Source of the DNA: Octopus vulgaris
Lineage: Eukaryota
DNA length: 64,000 nucleotides
Assembly: GCA_951406725.2 (NCBI GenBank)
Contig: OX597821.1
Span: forward strand, 57,970,001 to 58,034,000
Direction: 5' to 3'
This document shows positions 1 through 12,051 of the stretch, one piece after another; position 1 is the first letter of the stretch; every line of letters starts with the position of its first letter. The position numbers and the translations under genes are program-made. The notes beneath the pieces were generated by a model. The model was given only the letters and a program-made list of their open reading frames with translations. It was not told where the DNA came from and did not search any database.

Positions 1-308
1 TAATGTATATGTATATACATACACACATGCATACATACATACATACCTACACACACACACATACACATACATATATGCATGCATAACATTGATGGCATTT
101 CCTGCATTAAGGCAAATCATGCAATGCATGTCCGAGATATGTATACATGAATGCACATGAATCAGATTCTTAAGTAAATCTTTGATTTTTATGAGACGCA
201 GCTGGGAGAGCATACAGACTTGTTATCTGCACCCTGTTTTCATTTGTAATGTCTGTCTTTGATTCTTTTAAAATAGACTGTTCTGATTTATGTATTGAAA
301 TTACTCCT

Positions 309-353
<45 letters not shown>

Positions 354-629
354 TGACAAACATACATACATAAATAGATACATACATACGCATTCATATT
401 CATATATAAGTAGGTAGGTAGGTAGGTAGGTGGGTGGGTGGGTGGGTAGGTGGATAGATAGATAGATACATACATACATATGTAGATAGATAGACAGACA
501 AACAGACAGAAAGACATAGATACATGCACGCATACATACATAGGTAGATAGACAGACGGACAGACAGATAGATGTATACATACGACAGACAGACAGACAG
601 TCAGACAGATACATGCTTACATACATAGG

Positions 630-661
<32 letters not shown>

Positions 662-1708
662 TACATACATACATACATGCTTACATACATACCTGCTTAC
701 ATACATACATGGTTACATACATAGGTAGATAGACAGACAGACATACAGACAGATAACTAGATCGATAGACAGACAGACAGACAGATAGATACATACGTAC
801 ATACATACATACATACATACATACATACATACATACATACATACATACATACATACATACATACATGCATACATACATACATATTTATCAATACATCTTT
901 TGATATAATGTAATAGTTACAGGATATTCAGTAACCGAAATGAGAGCTAAAATAACGTTATCAGCTACAAAGCAGAACTATGCAAGAAAACTACACCGAA
1001 AAGAATAGATATTAATATTAAATAACGATTTCGCCTAGATGCGTATCTGTTTCAATTGCTAACTCTGTCTCATCAGCTGAGAAAGAGAGCTGTGTTCGTA
1101 CAGCAGCCATTTAAATATATTTTCGAGGTATTCTATGTTATTAGCAGTGAGTTGGTAAGACTGTTATTTTACAAACTGCTTTTGATTTCCAATGATTGAA
1201 TTTTAAAGAGAACAAGCACGCTATTTGCTATGATGTTCTATACTTAAAAATAGCTCTAAAGGTTTTAAATCTGGAAGCTTAATAAATGTATTTCTCAATG
1301 CATGTTTCGATATATTTTCATGTAAGATTCACAATGTTGAAAGTAGAGTTAAATTAACGTAATCTAATAAACGGATGCAAGAGTATATATGTAAGAAGCT
1401 CAGATGTTAATCGCTAGGTTAAATTGTTCAACTTATAATTATGTTTGTTGGTTTGGTGATGCAAACCGGAAAAATAGGCTCAAATCATGAGTACCTTTTA
1501 TCGTTTCCTTCTTTCAGTCATTTGGCAGCGGCCATGCTGGAGCGCTCATTGAAAGAATTTTTTTCAGTCGAATGAATTGATCCCAGTACTTATTCTTTTT
1601 TAACCCTGGTACTTATTTTATCAGTCCTTTTTGCCGAACAGCTAAGTTACAGGAACGTAAACATACCAACATCGTTTGTCAAGTTGTGATGAGGAGCAAA
1701 CACACACG

Positions 1709-1802
<94 letters not shown>

Positions 1803-1853
1803 GACAGAGAGACAGAGAGAGACAGAGAGAGACAGAGACAGAGAGAGACAGAC

Positions 1854-1914
<61 letters not shown>

Positions 1915-3286
1915 TAGATACAGACAAACGGACAGAGAAAAAGAGAGGGGCAATTATACAGATAGAGAAATTAAATATATCAAATTTTAATAGTTTTGGT
2001 ATGAAATACAAAATATGTATATATGTATATATGCAAAACAAAAGAAAGCAAAAAGTGGAGACTTTCAGACGATGAATGTTTAAGTATGAATATCTACGTA
2101 TTTACATTAACTAGTAAGATCCGTGAATATTTCACAGAATTAATAGTAAACCTATTGATTCATTCTTGTAATCTTTATCCAAAAAAAACTGAAAACGTAG
2201 TCTGTTTTGTGTCTGTATCAAAAGATAGTCGCTCGTCTGCTATTCATTGAAAAGTGAAGGAAATTTGAATACGATGATTACTTAATGCACAGTTAATACA
2301 TAAATAATATACTTTATACAAAATTTTATAGACTTAATACACAGCAGTCATAAAATATATATTCGCTCTTATTTTTTCTATTTTTCCCATAAACAGAAAA
2401 AAATTACATTTTAAAATTTTCATGGTTACAATTTCATATCAAGAAAACAATTTTTTTTATACAAAAGAAGTTATTTTATATACAAAATATAAGGATCGCA
2501 ATTTCACAGGGGTAAAAATTTAACGCAACATGGCATACTCTGAAAACCACATCGTTAGTAACTAGAAGCCAAGACGATGGGTCAGTGCTAATACACAGTT
2601 CGATTTGCAGATGATATAAAAAAAAACTTAGTTCAATTAAAACAAAATTACTTTTCACTATGCACTCACCATCATCCCACCTCCACCACCACTACCATCA
2701 CCATCATCTCTCACTCTCACTCTTTCTCTTTTAGTCTCTCTCTCTCTCTCTCTCTTTCATCTCACCATTAGAACATCTCCCATCTGCTAAAATTATATTT
2801 CTCACTTTCCGCTATATCACTACCTTCAACTCACTTTTTTAACCGCGTAATAAATATTACGTTCCCCCTACCACATGTCATGGACGCTTCTCTCTCCGTC
2901 TTTTGTTTCTCCATCTTTCTGCTTCACTCTTCGCCTTATTCTCTTTTTCTCTCTTTCCCTCTTTTTCGCTAATCATGTGTAAGTGTTACTGACGGGCTAA
3001 ATAACGCAATGACAAGCAGAATTATTACAAGATAGATCGAACTTACACAGGGTAAAAACGACAAAGAAAATTAAAGGGCTGGAAGAAAAGGTGTTATAAG
3101 TCCTATTAGATTTAATATATCTAATTTATCTGCATAATTGTCTCTATATCTGCTGAACTTGATCTCTCTTATGGTCATTCTTTACCCTCTGGATTAGACC
3201 TTATGTAAAGACATCGGAGTCTAAGTTTGATTCATTTGAGCACTACTAAATATCTTTTATACTGAGAATCTAAACATCTCATCTGT

Positions 3287-3362
<76 letters not shown>

Positions 3363-3390
3363 AAAAAAGCAACAATAATGGATCAAAATA

Positions 3391-3475
3391 TCGGTACAAT
3401 TGTTTCGTACGAAGACATCTTTAATAAGGCTACAAAAATTGCAGTAAATATAGATGGCTCGTACGCATCAGCCGA
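3391..3475 (-). ncRNA. Hammerhead-like ribozyme in a short TA-flanked insert
   Basis: Minus strand tcgg-CTGATGC-gtacga...tcgtac-GAAA-caattg-TA-ccga; three stems close, A9 replaced by C. Confidence 0.65.
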
Positions 3476-4581
3476 AAAAACATCCGAGATTTCCAAACAT
3501 CAAAGGGGGTAATGTTACAATCGTGAAACATCATGGAGAGTTCTATAAAAGTGGAAAAATTTAGATAACAAATTGGTTTCTAAGATTTCAGTTAGTATTA
3601 CATAGTATTACATAGTCATATATATATATATATATATGTAGTCTCCCGCCTCCCTTTTCCCCTCACTTACCACCCCACGACCCTACGTCTCCAACGCACC
3701 ATTCTTCGAGCTTTCCGTCGTCTCCAGTCCGACCCGTCCACTTCACACCTCTTCCCTAACCGACCCCTCCCCTCTTTCAAACGAGCCCACAACCTTCGAG
3801 ACCTTTTGGTCCATAGCTCCTTCCCTGACCCTACCTCCCAACCCGGCTCGTTCCCCTGCTCCCGCCCACGTTGCCGCACTTGCCCTTACCTCTCCAACAC
3901 CACCCGCCTCACTAGCACCCACCATCGACCCTATCCCATCATCCACTCCTTCACCTGCACCTCCAGCAATATTATCTATTGCATCTCTTGCTCTCTCTGC
4001 AATTCCTTGTACATCGGACAAACGGGACGCCGCTTGGCTGACCGGTTCGCGGAACACCTTCGTGACATCCACCTTGCGAACGACACACCGGTCTCACGCC
4101 ATTTCCGCTCCACCGGTCACTCCTTGCAACACCTATCTGTGTTCGGTTTGTCCTTACACAGAGGCCATCCGGATTCCCGTTTGCGCCGTGAACAGGAATT
4201 AATCTTCTCTCTTCGCTCTTATACGCCATTTGGTCTCAACTCTCCCCCCTCCTCATCTAACCCCCTCTCCCCCTCCTCACCTATCCTTTCTCCCCCCGAC
4301 CCCCACTTCTTCAGTCCTTCATCCTTTCACCCCTACTCCCCTTCCCTTCTTCCCTCTTTCTCCCTCCCTCTTCCCCTTCCCTCTGCTCCCTCACTCCCTC
4401 TCTCCCCTTCTCCCTCTTTCCTCCTTCATCCCTCTCCTCCCCTTCCTTCTCCCCATCCTCTCCTCTTCACCCTCCCCTCCCCCTCTTCTTCCCCTCCCCT
4501 TCTCCCCCTCTTCTCCCCTCCCCCTCTTCTCCTCACTACACCACATGACTTTACACATCACATCACATATGATGTGCCATA

Positions 4582-4910
4582 CTAATACACACACCAACTA
4601 ATACATACTAATACGTACTAATACATACTAGTACATACTAATACTTACACCAACCCTATACATACACACGTCCAGACCCCGCATACGCACTTATACTCTC
4701 TCACACACACACACACACACCTATACATACCAATACGTACTAATACATACTAATACATACTAATACATACACCAACCCCATACATACGCACGTCCAGACC
4801 AATCCCACGCACTGATACTCTCTCATACACACACACACACACACACACACCCTTATACATACTAATACATACACCAACCCTATACATACACATCCAGACC
4901 CCTCCCACGC
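4582..4910 (+). repeat. Nested repeats in PLE 3' UTR (tactaataca 10-mers within ~120-bp units); second copy near 9064-9392
   Basis: Repeated tactaataca and three acaccaacc(c)..catac..c(g/a)tccagacc units. Confidence 0.8.
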
Positions 4911-5072
4911 ACTTTTAGCTGGTCCCTCAACCCTATTATCTCCCCTTATTTCGCTCTCGCGTCTCATGTTTGATCTTTGACCTCTGGCCGAAATCAGATC
5001 GCCATGTTGATTCGTTAGCTACTGCACGCATTTTTTTCTCTCCTTCTTTCTGTGTTTTTCTCTCTCTGTGTA

Positions 5073-5110
5073 TCTTTCTGTTGAAGAGCGTAGGCTCGAA
5101 ACGTTAAAGA
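5073..5110 (+). ncRNA. Minimal type I hammerhead-like ribozyme, variant core
   Basis: tcttt-CTGTTGA-a-gagc(gtag)gctc-GAAA-cg-TT-aaaga: stem I, stem II hairpin, palindromic stem III. Confidence 0.65.
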
Positions 5111-5834
5111 CTTGTTTTATTTATATTTCCTGAGCGCCATACTAATACAATTGTTCGTTTGTTTTCCACCTGCCTTCGTCTTTTGTTTATTTTCATAAAG
5201 CTTCCCGTTATATATTATGCGCTCACGTGGTCTCACTTTCATCCTATATTCTACCAATACCACTATCAACACTTACCTCTACCTTGGATTTTCTTTACCT
5301 CTTGGATACTTACCATCGGCTGCACCTCTCTTTCGCGGATCAAAGTGACTTTGCATTGATGTGAAATCCTTAAAAAATATACCACGACGTCTACACATTT
5401 CTCACCTTGAACTTTCAACCTTGAACTTGTTCGCATAAACTGTCCCGTTTGTTGTATTTTTATTTTCTCTTATATTACCACTTTTTTTACATTCATTTCA
5501 TGCTTTCCACATTTTCCTGAATTTTTGTTCTCCTTTCCGTCTTTCTTCCCTCTCTGGATGTCCATACTCCGTTTCCTCTGCCTGCACCCCCTTTTTTTTG
5601 CCTCCCCCTCTCTCTGCTTCCCTTCTTTCTTTCCCTTTTCCGTTTGCCCCGTCTTTTCTGCCCCTATCGCTTACTTATCTAGTTTTTTCATACGATTATT
5701 ATTTTTTTATTTTTTTATTTTTTTTGTTTTTTTTGAACGTTTGTTTTTTCCCCTTTTTTCTATTTTTTTCATACGATAATTTTTGTTTTTTGTTTTTTTT
5801 GTTTTTTCGAACGTTTTTTTTCCGCTATCCCATC

Positions 5835-8800
5835 ATGCCGGATCCTAGGTCCTACCTCCTCACCCTCAATCACCGTTTGAAGGATCATCTACGTTCGCTT
5901 CCTGTATATCGCCTTCAGCCGTCCGTTAATCTCTCTCTACTTCTTTTTAAAAAAACCCGCTTCTCTAGCCATGTCTCTTTCCTAAGCCGCTGCCTACATC
6001 ACCGACTCATCCCTAAAGGTTTCCGCCTCCACTTCCACCCTGCTCTCCACTCGGATTCTTCCATCCTACCCATACTCCGCACCACATCTTACCGCCTTAT
6101 GCGGGCCACCATTCGCTCCAATCTCTCCAAACTACAAGCCATCAACCGCCTTCTTCCTCCTGCTTTCTCCACCTTCTTCTCCTCTCTGCCGCCTCTCTAT
6201 GCTCCAAACACGCTACGCTTCATTATCCATTTGAATCAACTCTTCCATCAATTTCTTTCTGATACCAAACTTCGTAAACTCCAATCACTCTTCCATTCCA
6301 CCCTACCCGACGCCACTACCCCAACTCCTCCACCACCCTTCTCCCCTCCCGATAGGCTCCATCCACCCACACCTAACCCCACTGCCCCTCCCTACAACCC
6401 CTTCTCCCCTCCCGTTAGGCTCCATCCACCTACACCTAACCCTACTGCCCCGCCCAACCACCACCCACACACCTCCCCAATCCCTCCCCCTCAGACCTCC
6501 ACGAGACCTACCACCCCTCCTACTTCTATTCCACCCACCCCTTCTCCACTTCCGTCTGTTGTTACCATTCCCCCCGATCTTCCCCTCTCTGCGGCTGAAC
6601 GCTCCGTCCTTGGTAGGGGTCTGCGTTTCATCCCCCTCACTCCATCCTGTAAGGAATTCCAGACGCGAGTTGATGTCCACAGCTTTGTGCGCCGTGTCCG
6701 GTTGGGGGCGCATTACCACGACTCGCCACCCACACCCAACGAAGAGGACGACTGCTTCACTGGCCTGGGCCGCCGACCATCCCCGTGGACGCCTGCCCCT
6801 GGCCAGATCCTAGCAGTGGATCTTTTCGCGGGCGCTTGTCAGCGTGCATTGGAGCGGTTCAACTTCTCCAGGCGCCAACGCCGCCTCAACATCTCCCCGG
6901 CTGAGCTCTTGGCTCTTCGTTCCCTCCAACGGCGCGCTGACATTATCATCAAACCGGCTGACAAGGGTGGAGCTGTAGTGGTGTGGCGCGCGGACCTCTA
7001 TAGGGCCGAGGCTTTCCGCCAACTCAATGACACCTCCTTCTATTCCCCTCTGCCCTCTAACCCCACACGTAGCTACCAACAGACGGTATCCTCTACTGTC
7101 CAAGACCTCATCTCGTCCTCCCGTCTCCCCCGCACCGCATCCAACCTAATTGTACGAACCCCACGTACCCCCACCATTTACTTCCTCCCCAAAATCCACA
7201 AACCCAACAACCCTGGCCGCCCCATCGTCTCCGCCTGTAACTGCCCCACGGAGCTCATCTCTAAATACCTCGACCGTGTCCTTGCCCCCCTAGTGGCATC
7301 TCTTCCCTCCCACATCCACGATACCAACCATGCTCTCCGGCTTTTCAACTCTTTCTCCTTTCCTCCCGGCTCCTCCAAAATCCTTTTTACTATGGACATC
7401 CAAAGCCTCTATACTGTTATCCCTCACCACGAAGGACTGCAGGCCCTTCGACACTTTCTTGACCTCCGCTCTAACCCTGTACCTGACACCTCCACACTCA
7501 TTCGTCTGGCCGAACTTGTCCTTACTCTGAACTGCTTCTCGTTCGCGGGCGAGTTCTACCATCAGGTCTCGGGAGTGGCCATGGGAACGCGAATGGGCCC
7601 CAACTATGCGAACCTGTTCGTTGGCTATGTTGAGGCCCAAATATTCTCTACTTTCACTGGTCCCACTCCTGAACTATATGGTCGTTATATTGACGACATT
7701 ATCGGTGCCACCTCACTCTCCCGCGAACATCTAGATTCCTTCCTCTCTTTCGTCCAATCTTTCCATCCAGCCCTCCACTTCACTTCCACTATCTCCAACA
7801 CCTCTGTCTCCTTCCTCGACATTTCGGTTAGCATTCTTGACTCCACTCTTACCACCTCCATTCACTACAAACACACAGACTCACACTCATACCTCAACTT
7901 CTCTTCCTCCCACCCAGAACACACCAAGCTTTCCATCCCCTATTCCCAATTCCTCCGTCTACGTAGGCTCTGTAGTGACGACCATGACTTTGAGACTCAG
8001 TCTCAACGTATGGCTCACCACTTCACCCTACGTGGATACCCCCTCACCACTATCCACACCGCCCTTGCCAGAGCACGGTCCGTGGACCGTGTATCTGCTC
8101 TCTCTCCCCGAACCCGCCCTGTAGTCTCCCGCCTCCCTTTTCCCCTCACTTACCACCCCACGACCCTACGTCTCCAACGCACCATTCTTCGAGCTTTCCG
8201 TCGTCTCCAGTCCGACCCGTCCACTTCACACCTCTTCCCTAACCGACCCCTCCCCTCTTTCAAACGAGCCCACAACCTTCGAGACCTTTTGGTCCATAGC
8301 TCCTTCCCTGACCCTACCTCCCAACCCGGCTCGTTCCCCTGCTCCCGCCCACGTTGCCGCACTTGCCCTTACCTCTCCAACACCACCCGCCTCACTAGCA
8401 CCCACCATCGACCCTATCCCATCATCCACTCCTTCACCTGCACCTCCAGCAATATTATCTATTGCATCTCTTGCTCTCTCTGCAATTCCTTGTACATCGG
8501 ACAAACGGGACGCCGCTTGGCTGACCGGTTCGCGGAACACCTTCGTGACATCCACCTTGCGAACGACACACCGGTCTCACGCCATTTCCGCTCCACCGGT
8601 CACTCCTTGCAACACCTATCTGTGTTCGGTTTGTCCTTACACAGAGGCCATCCGGATTCCCGTTTGCGCCGTGAACAGGAATTAATCTTCTCTCTTCGCT
8701 CTTATACGCCATTTGGTCTCAACTCTCCCCCCTCCTCATCTAACCCCCCTCTCCCCCTCCTCACCTATCCTTTCTCCCCCGACCCCCACTTCTTCAGTCC

Positions 8801-9083
8801 TTCATCCTTTCACCCCTACTCCCCTTCCCTTCTTCCCTCTTTCTCCCTCCCTCTTCCCCTTCCCTCTGCTCCCTCACTCCCTCTCTCCCCTTCTCCCTCT
8901 TTCCTCCTTCATCCCTCTCCTCCCCTTCCTTCTCCCCATCCTCTCCTCTTCACCCTCCCCTCCCCCTCTTCTTCCCCTCCCCTTCTCCCCCTCTTCTCCC
9001 TCCCCCTCTTCTCCTCACTACACCACATGACTTTACACATCACATCACATATGATGTGCCATACTAATACACACACCAACTAA
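5835..9083 (+). CDS. PLE polyprotein: reverse transcriptase, Cys-rich linker and GIY-YIG endonuclease
   Basis: First in-frame ATG at 5835 (MPDPRS) of ORF 5598-9083; motifs IKPADKGG, FLPKIHK..PGRPIVS, TMDIQSLYT, GVAMGTRMGPNYANLF, RYIDDI, FLDI, CSRPRCRTC, NIIYCISC..C..LYIGQTGR..R..EH, REQELI, PFGLN. Confidence 0.95.
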   Translation: MPDPRSYLLTLNHRLKDHLRSLPVYRLQPSVNLSLLLFKKTRFSSHVSFLSRCLHHRLIPKGFRLHFHPALHSDSSILPILRTTSYRLMRATIRSNLSKLQAINRLLPPAFSTFFSSLPPLYAPNTLRFIIHLNQLFHQFLSDTKLRKLQSLFHSTLPDATTPTPPPPFSPPDRLHPPTPNPTAPPYNPFSPPVRLHPPTPNPTAPPNHHPHTSPIPPPQTSTRPTTPPTSIPPTPSPLPSVVTIPPDLPLSAAERSVLGRGLRFIPLTPSCKEFQTRVDVHSFVRRVRLGAHYHDSPPTPNEEDDCFTGLGRRPSPWTPAPGQILAVDLFAGACQRALERFNFSRRQRRLNISPAELLALRSLQRRADIIIKPADKGGAVVVWRADLYRAEAFRQLNDTSFYSPLPSNPTRSYQQTVSSTVQDLISSSRLPRTASNLIVRTPRTPTIYFLPKIHKPNNPGRPIVSACNCPTELISKYLDRVLAPLVASLPSHIHDTNHALRLFNSFSFPPGSSKILFTMDIQSLYTVIPHHEGLQALRHFLDLRSNPVPDTSTLIRLAELVLTLNCFSFAGEFYHQVSGVAMGTRMGPNYANLFVGYVEAQIFSTFTGPTPELYGRYIDDIIGATSLSREHLDSFLSFVQSFHPALHFTSTISNTSVSFLDISVSILDSTLTTSIHYKHTDSHSYLNFSSSHPEHTKLSIPYSQFLRLRRLCSDDHDFETQSQRMAHHFTLRGYPLTTIHTALARARSVDRVSALSPRTRPVVSRLPFPLTYHPTTLRLQRTILRAFRRLQSDPSTSHLFPNRPLPSFKRAHNLRDLLVHSSFPDPTSQPGSFPCSRPRCRTCPYLSNTTRLTSTHHRPYPIIHSFTCTSSNIIYCISCSLCNSLYIGQTGRRLADRFAEHLRDIHLANDTPVSRHFRSTGHSLQHLSVFGLSLHRGHPDSRLRREQELIFSLRSYTPFGLNSPPSSSNPPLPLLTYPFSPDPHFFSPSSFHPYSPSLLPSFSLPLPLPSAPSLPLSPSPSFLLHPSPPLPSPHPLLFTLPSPSSSPPLLPLFSLPLFSSLHHMTLHITSHMMCHTNTHTN

Positions 9084-9554
9084 TACATACTAATACGTAC
9101 TAATACATACTAGTACATACTAATACTTACACCAACCCTATACATACACACGTCCAGACCCCGCATACGCACTTATACTCTCTCACACACACACACACAC
9201 ACCTATACATACCAATACGTACTAATACATACTAATACATACTAATACATACACCAACCCCATACATACGCACGTCCAGACCAATCCCACGCACTGATAC
9301 TCTCTCATACACACACACACACACACACACACCCTTATACATACTAATACATACACCAACCCTATACATACACATCCAGACCCCTCCCACGCACTTTTAG
9401 CTGGTCCCTCAACCCTATTATCTCCCCTTATTTCGCTCTCGCGTCTCATGTTTGATCTTTGACCTCTGGCCGAAATCAGATCGCCATGTTGATTCGTTAG
9501 CTACTGCACGCATTTTTTTCTCTCCTTCTTTCTGTGTTTTTCTCTCTCTGTGTA

Positions 9555-9592
9555 TCTTTCTGTTGAAGAGCGTAGGCTCGAAACGTTAAAGA
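9555..9592 (+). ncRNA. Second copy of the minimal hammerhead-like ribozyme
   Basis: Identical to 5073-5110. Confidence 0.65.
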
Positions 9593-9689
9593 CTTGTTTT
9601 ATTTATATTTCCTGAGCGCCATACTAATACAATTGTTCGTTTGTTTTCCACCTGCCTTCGTCTTTTGTTTATTTTCATAAAGCTTCCCG

Positions 9690-9739
<50 letters not shown>

Positions 9740-10089
9740 GATGGGATTCTTTCAGTTTCATTTACCAAATCTATTTACGAGGATTTGGTCTGCCAGAGGC
9801 TATAGAAGACACTTTCCCAAGATGCCACGCAGTAGAACTGAACCTGGAACCATTTGGTTTGGAAGCAAGCTTCTAATCACACAGCCACGCTTGTGCTTAT
9901 TGTAATTCTGTGTCTGCGTGTGTGTGTCTGTGTGCTTTATTAATAGTCGGCAGGATTTATAGAATGGTTCAAGGACCGAGAGTTTCGACCATTGAATCAC
10001 CTGTAAATTCTAACGATTATTAATAAAAAATCATTTACACTTGCAATAATATACGAATGTTTTGCGTACGTATTATTACTTGTACATAT

Positions 10090-10510
10090 TAAGGCAGCGA
10101 GCTGGCAGAATCGTTAGCTAGCCGGACAAAAAAAGCTTAGAAACATTTCCCCCGTCTTTACGTTCCGATTCAAATTCCGCCAAGTTTGGCTTAGCTTTTC
10201 ACACTTTTAGGCTCGATAAGATACTAGTTGTGTACTGAGGTCGATGTAATCAACTTCCCCATCCCTCAAATTTACTGGTCTTGTACCAAAGTAAGAAAAG
10301 AAAGCATTAAGGCAGCGGACTAATAGAATAGTTACTGCGCCAGACAAAATACTTGGTGGGATTTCTACCAGCTTTACGTTCTAAGTTCAAATTTCGCCGA
10401 AGTCAACTTTCGGCGTCGATGAAATAAATACCAGTTAATTACTGGTATCGATATAATTGAATATCTCTTCCGCCAAAATTTTGTTACTTGTGCCTGTAGC
10501 AAAAAGGATT
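10090..10510 (+). mobile_element. SINE family 2, two copies; others near 17990-18420, 29010-29300, 29555-29720, 49075-49300, 54915-55130
   Basis: ggc.gcgagctggcagaatcgttagc..gttcaaattccgccgaggtcgactttgcctttcatcc. Confidence 0.85.
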
Positions 10511-10519
10511 ACTACTATT

Positions 10520-10900
10520 GAGTGGTAGTGTGGTAAGTAGCTTGCTAACAAACCACATGTTTCTGGGTTCAGTCCCACCGCGTGGCATCTTGGGCAAGTG
10601 TCTTCTGCTATAGCCCCGGGCCGACTAATGCCTTGTGAGTGGATTTGGTAGACAGAAACTGAAAGAAGCCTTTCGTATATATGTATATATATATATGTAT
10701 GTGTGTGTATGTGTTTGTCTCCCTAGCATTTCTTGACAACCGATGCTGGTGTGTTTACGTCCCCGTAAATTAGCGGTTCGGCAAAAGAGACCGATAGAAT
10801 AAGTACTGGGCTTACAAAGAATAAGTCCCGGGGTCGATTTGCTCGACTAAAGGCGGTGCTCCAGCATGGCCGCAGTCAAATGACTGAAACAAGTAAAAAG
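10520..10900 (+). mobile_element. SINE family 1; other copies near 1497-1700, 9738-9890, 19415-19825, 25147-25570, 26220-26645, 39250-39550, 42715-43000, 45430-45790, 47230-47400
   Basis: tgtggtaagtagcttgct..gggttcagtccca head and ccagcatggccgcagtcaaatgactgaaacaagtaaa tail recur through the window. Confidence 0.85.
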
Positions 10901-11046
10901 AAAAAAGAAAAGAATTTAAACTTCTCTTTACAACACTGAGTACTCAAGGATCATTATAAAGAGGATAATCCTTAAAATATAATTAATTCTATAGGCTGAA
11001 TCCATCTTCAGTTTCTACATATATATGTTCGTCGAGCAGTAGCCAG

Positions 11047-11270
11047 TGGAGGTGCGTGGCTTCGCGGTTAGGGTCTTGGACTCATAATCATAAGACTATG
11101 GTTTTGTTTCCTGGACTGGGCGATATTTTGTGTCCTTGAGCAAGACACTTCATTTCACATTACTCCAGTTCACTCAGCTGGCAAAAATGTGTAATCTTGC
11201 AACGGAGCGGCGTACCGTCCAAGTGGGAAATAAACCGGGCAACCGGACCTTATGACTCGAGAAAGTAACT
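11047..11270 (+). mobile_element. SINE family 3; others near 16477-16832, 19848-20080, 29303-29550, 34457-34755, 49840-50150
   Basis: ggaggcgcgtggcttagtggttag head with gtgtccttgagcaagacactt core. Confidence 0.8.
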
Positions 11271-12051
11271 TACGAGTCGGAGAGTGGCCGTAACGAAGCA
11301 AAGCAATTCGAAATTCAAAACTAACTACTCATGACTCCCAAGTCAATATATGTGTGTGAGGAGTTATGCGCATGAATGCACAAATGTCTATGTGTGTACG
11401 TATATGTATATAAATATATGTGTGTGTGTGTGTCTATGTGTACATATATATATACATATGTACATACAGAATATAATACTCATCGCACACATAATTACGT
11501 GCATTTAAAGACAGGAGAGAGAGAGAGGGTGACTGTGTGTGTGTGTGTTGGTGTCTAAGAAAGGAGAATTGATAGAAAGGGAAGATGATTGACAGAAACT
11601 ACTTAAAAGAAGCATTTTGGATCCTTAAAGCAAGTGAAGAGAAAATCGGAAATTTTCTCTACTTGCCGTTACCAATGTCAATCCCTTCTAGAAACTATCA
11701 TGTCAAATCGTCACCTAATTAGATGGTGCGCTGTAGAGTAGCTACCCCTGACAGTCGCATATCAGATTTAAGTGCTTTCCCTTACATTGTAGCCGTTAAA
11801 ACCCGCAGCAACAATATTCTATCGCATATTTGCGAAACTTGCAATGAGATTTCACCAAACAAATCATTATTCAGTACATCTCTTTCGTGCAGTTTACTCA
11901 ACCCTGAATAAGATGAGCAACTTCTCTGCGAAGTCAATCGATTTCTAATAAATATAAAAACCGACGACGTATATTGAGTACGGTTCTCTTCGCTTTGTGA
12001 ATAAATCGTGTACTTTTATGCTCCCCTACCCCAAATATATACATACATATA

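Larger units (their letters stand above)
3638..5215 (+). repeat. Upstream pseudo-LTR (duplicated GIY-YIG region and 3' UTR)
   Basis: Direct repeat of 8121-9697; ORF 3806-4585 re-encodes the endonuclease domain. Confidence 0.93.
3638..9697 (+). mobile_element. Penelope-like retroelement (Neptune-type), partial tandem: 5'-truncated copy/pLTR plus full-length copy, inserted in (TA)n
   Basis: 3638-5215 repeats nearly exactly at 8121-9697 (offset 4482-4483); flanked by (TA)n at 3618-3637 and 9691-9738; encodes RT and GIY-YIG. Confidence 0.95.

Noticed and set aside
170-308. Possible minus-strand exon (AG|GVISIHKSEQ...RFT*) as a continuation of the opsin-like gene
   Set aside because: No transmembrane or opsin motifs; acceptor lies in a TA repeat
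1040-1080. Minus-strand CTGATGA..GAAAC hammerhead boxes
   Set aside because: Stems I and II do not pair convincingly
5598-5834. N-terminal Phe-rich extension of the 1161-aa ORF
   Set aside because: Non-ATG start running through poly-T; the ATG at 5835 is more plausible
11775-11905. Minus-strand AG..GT open segment (LSKLHERDVL...)
   Set aside because: No recognisable homology; not opsin exon 2-like
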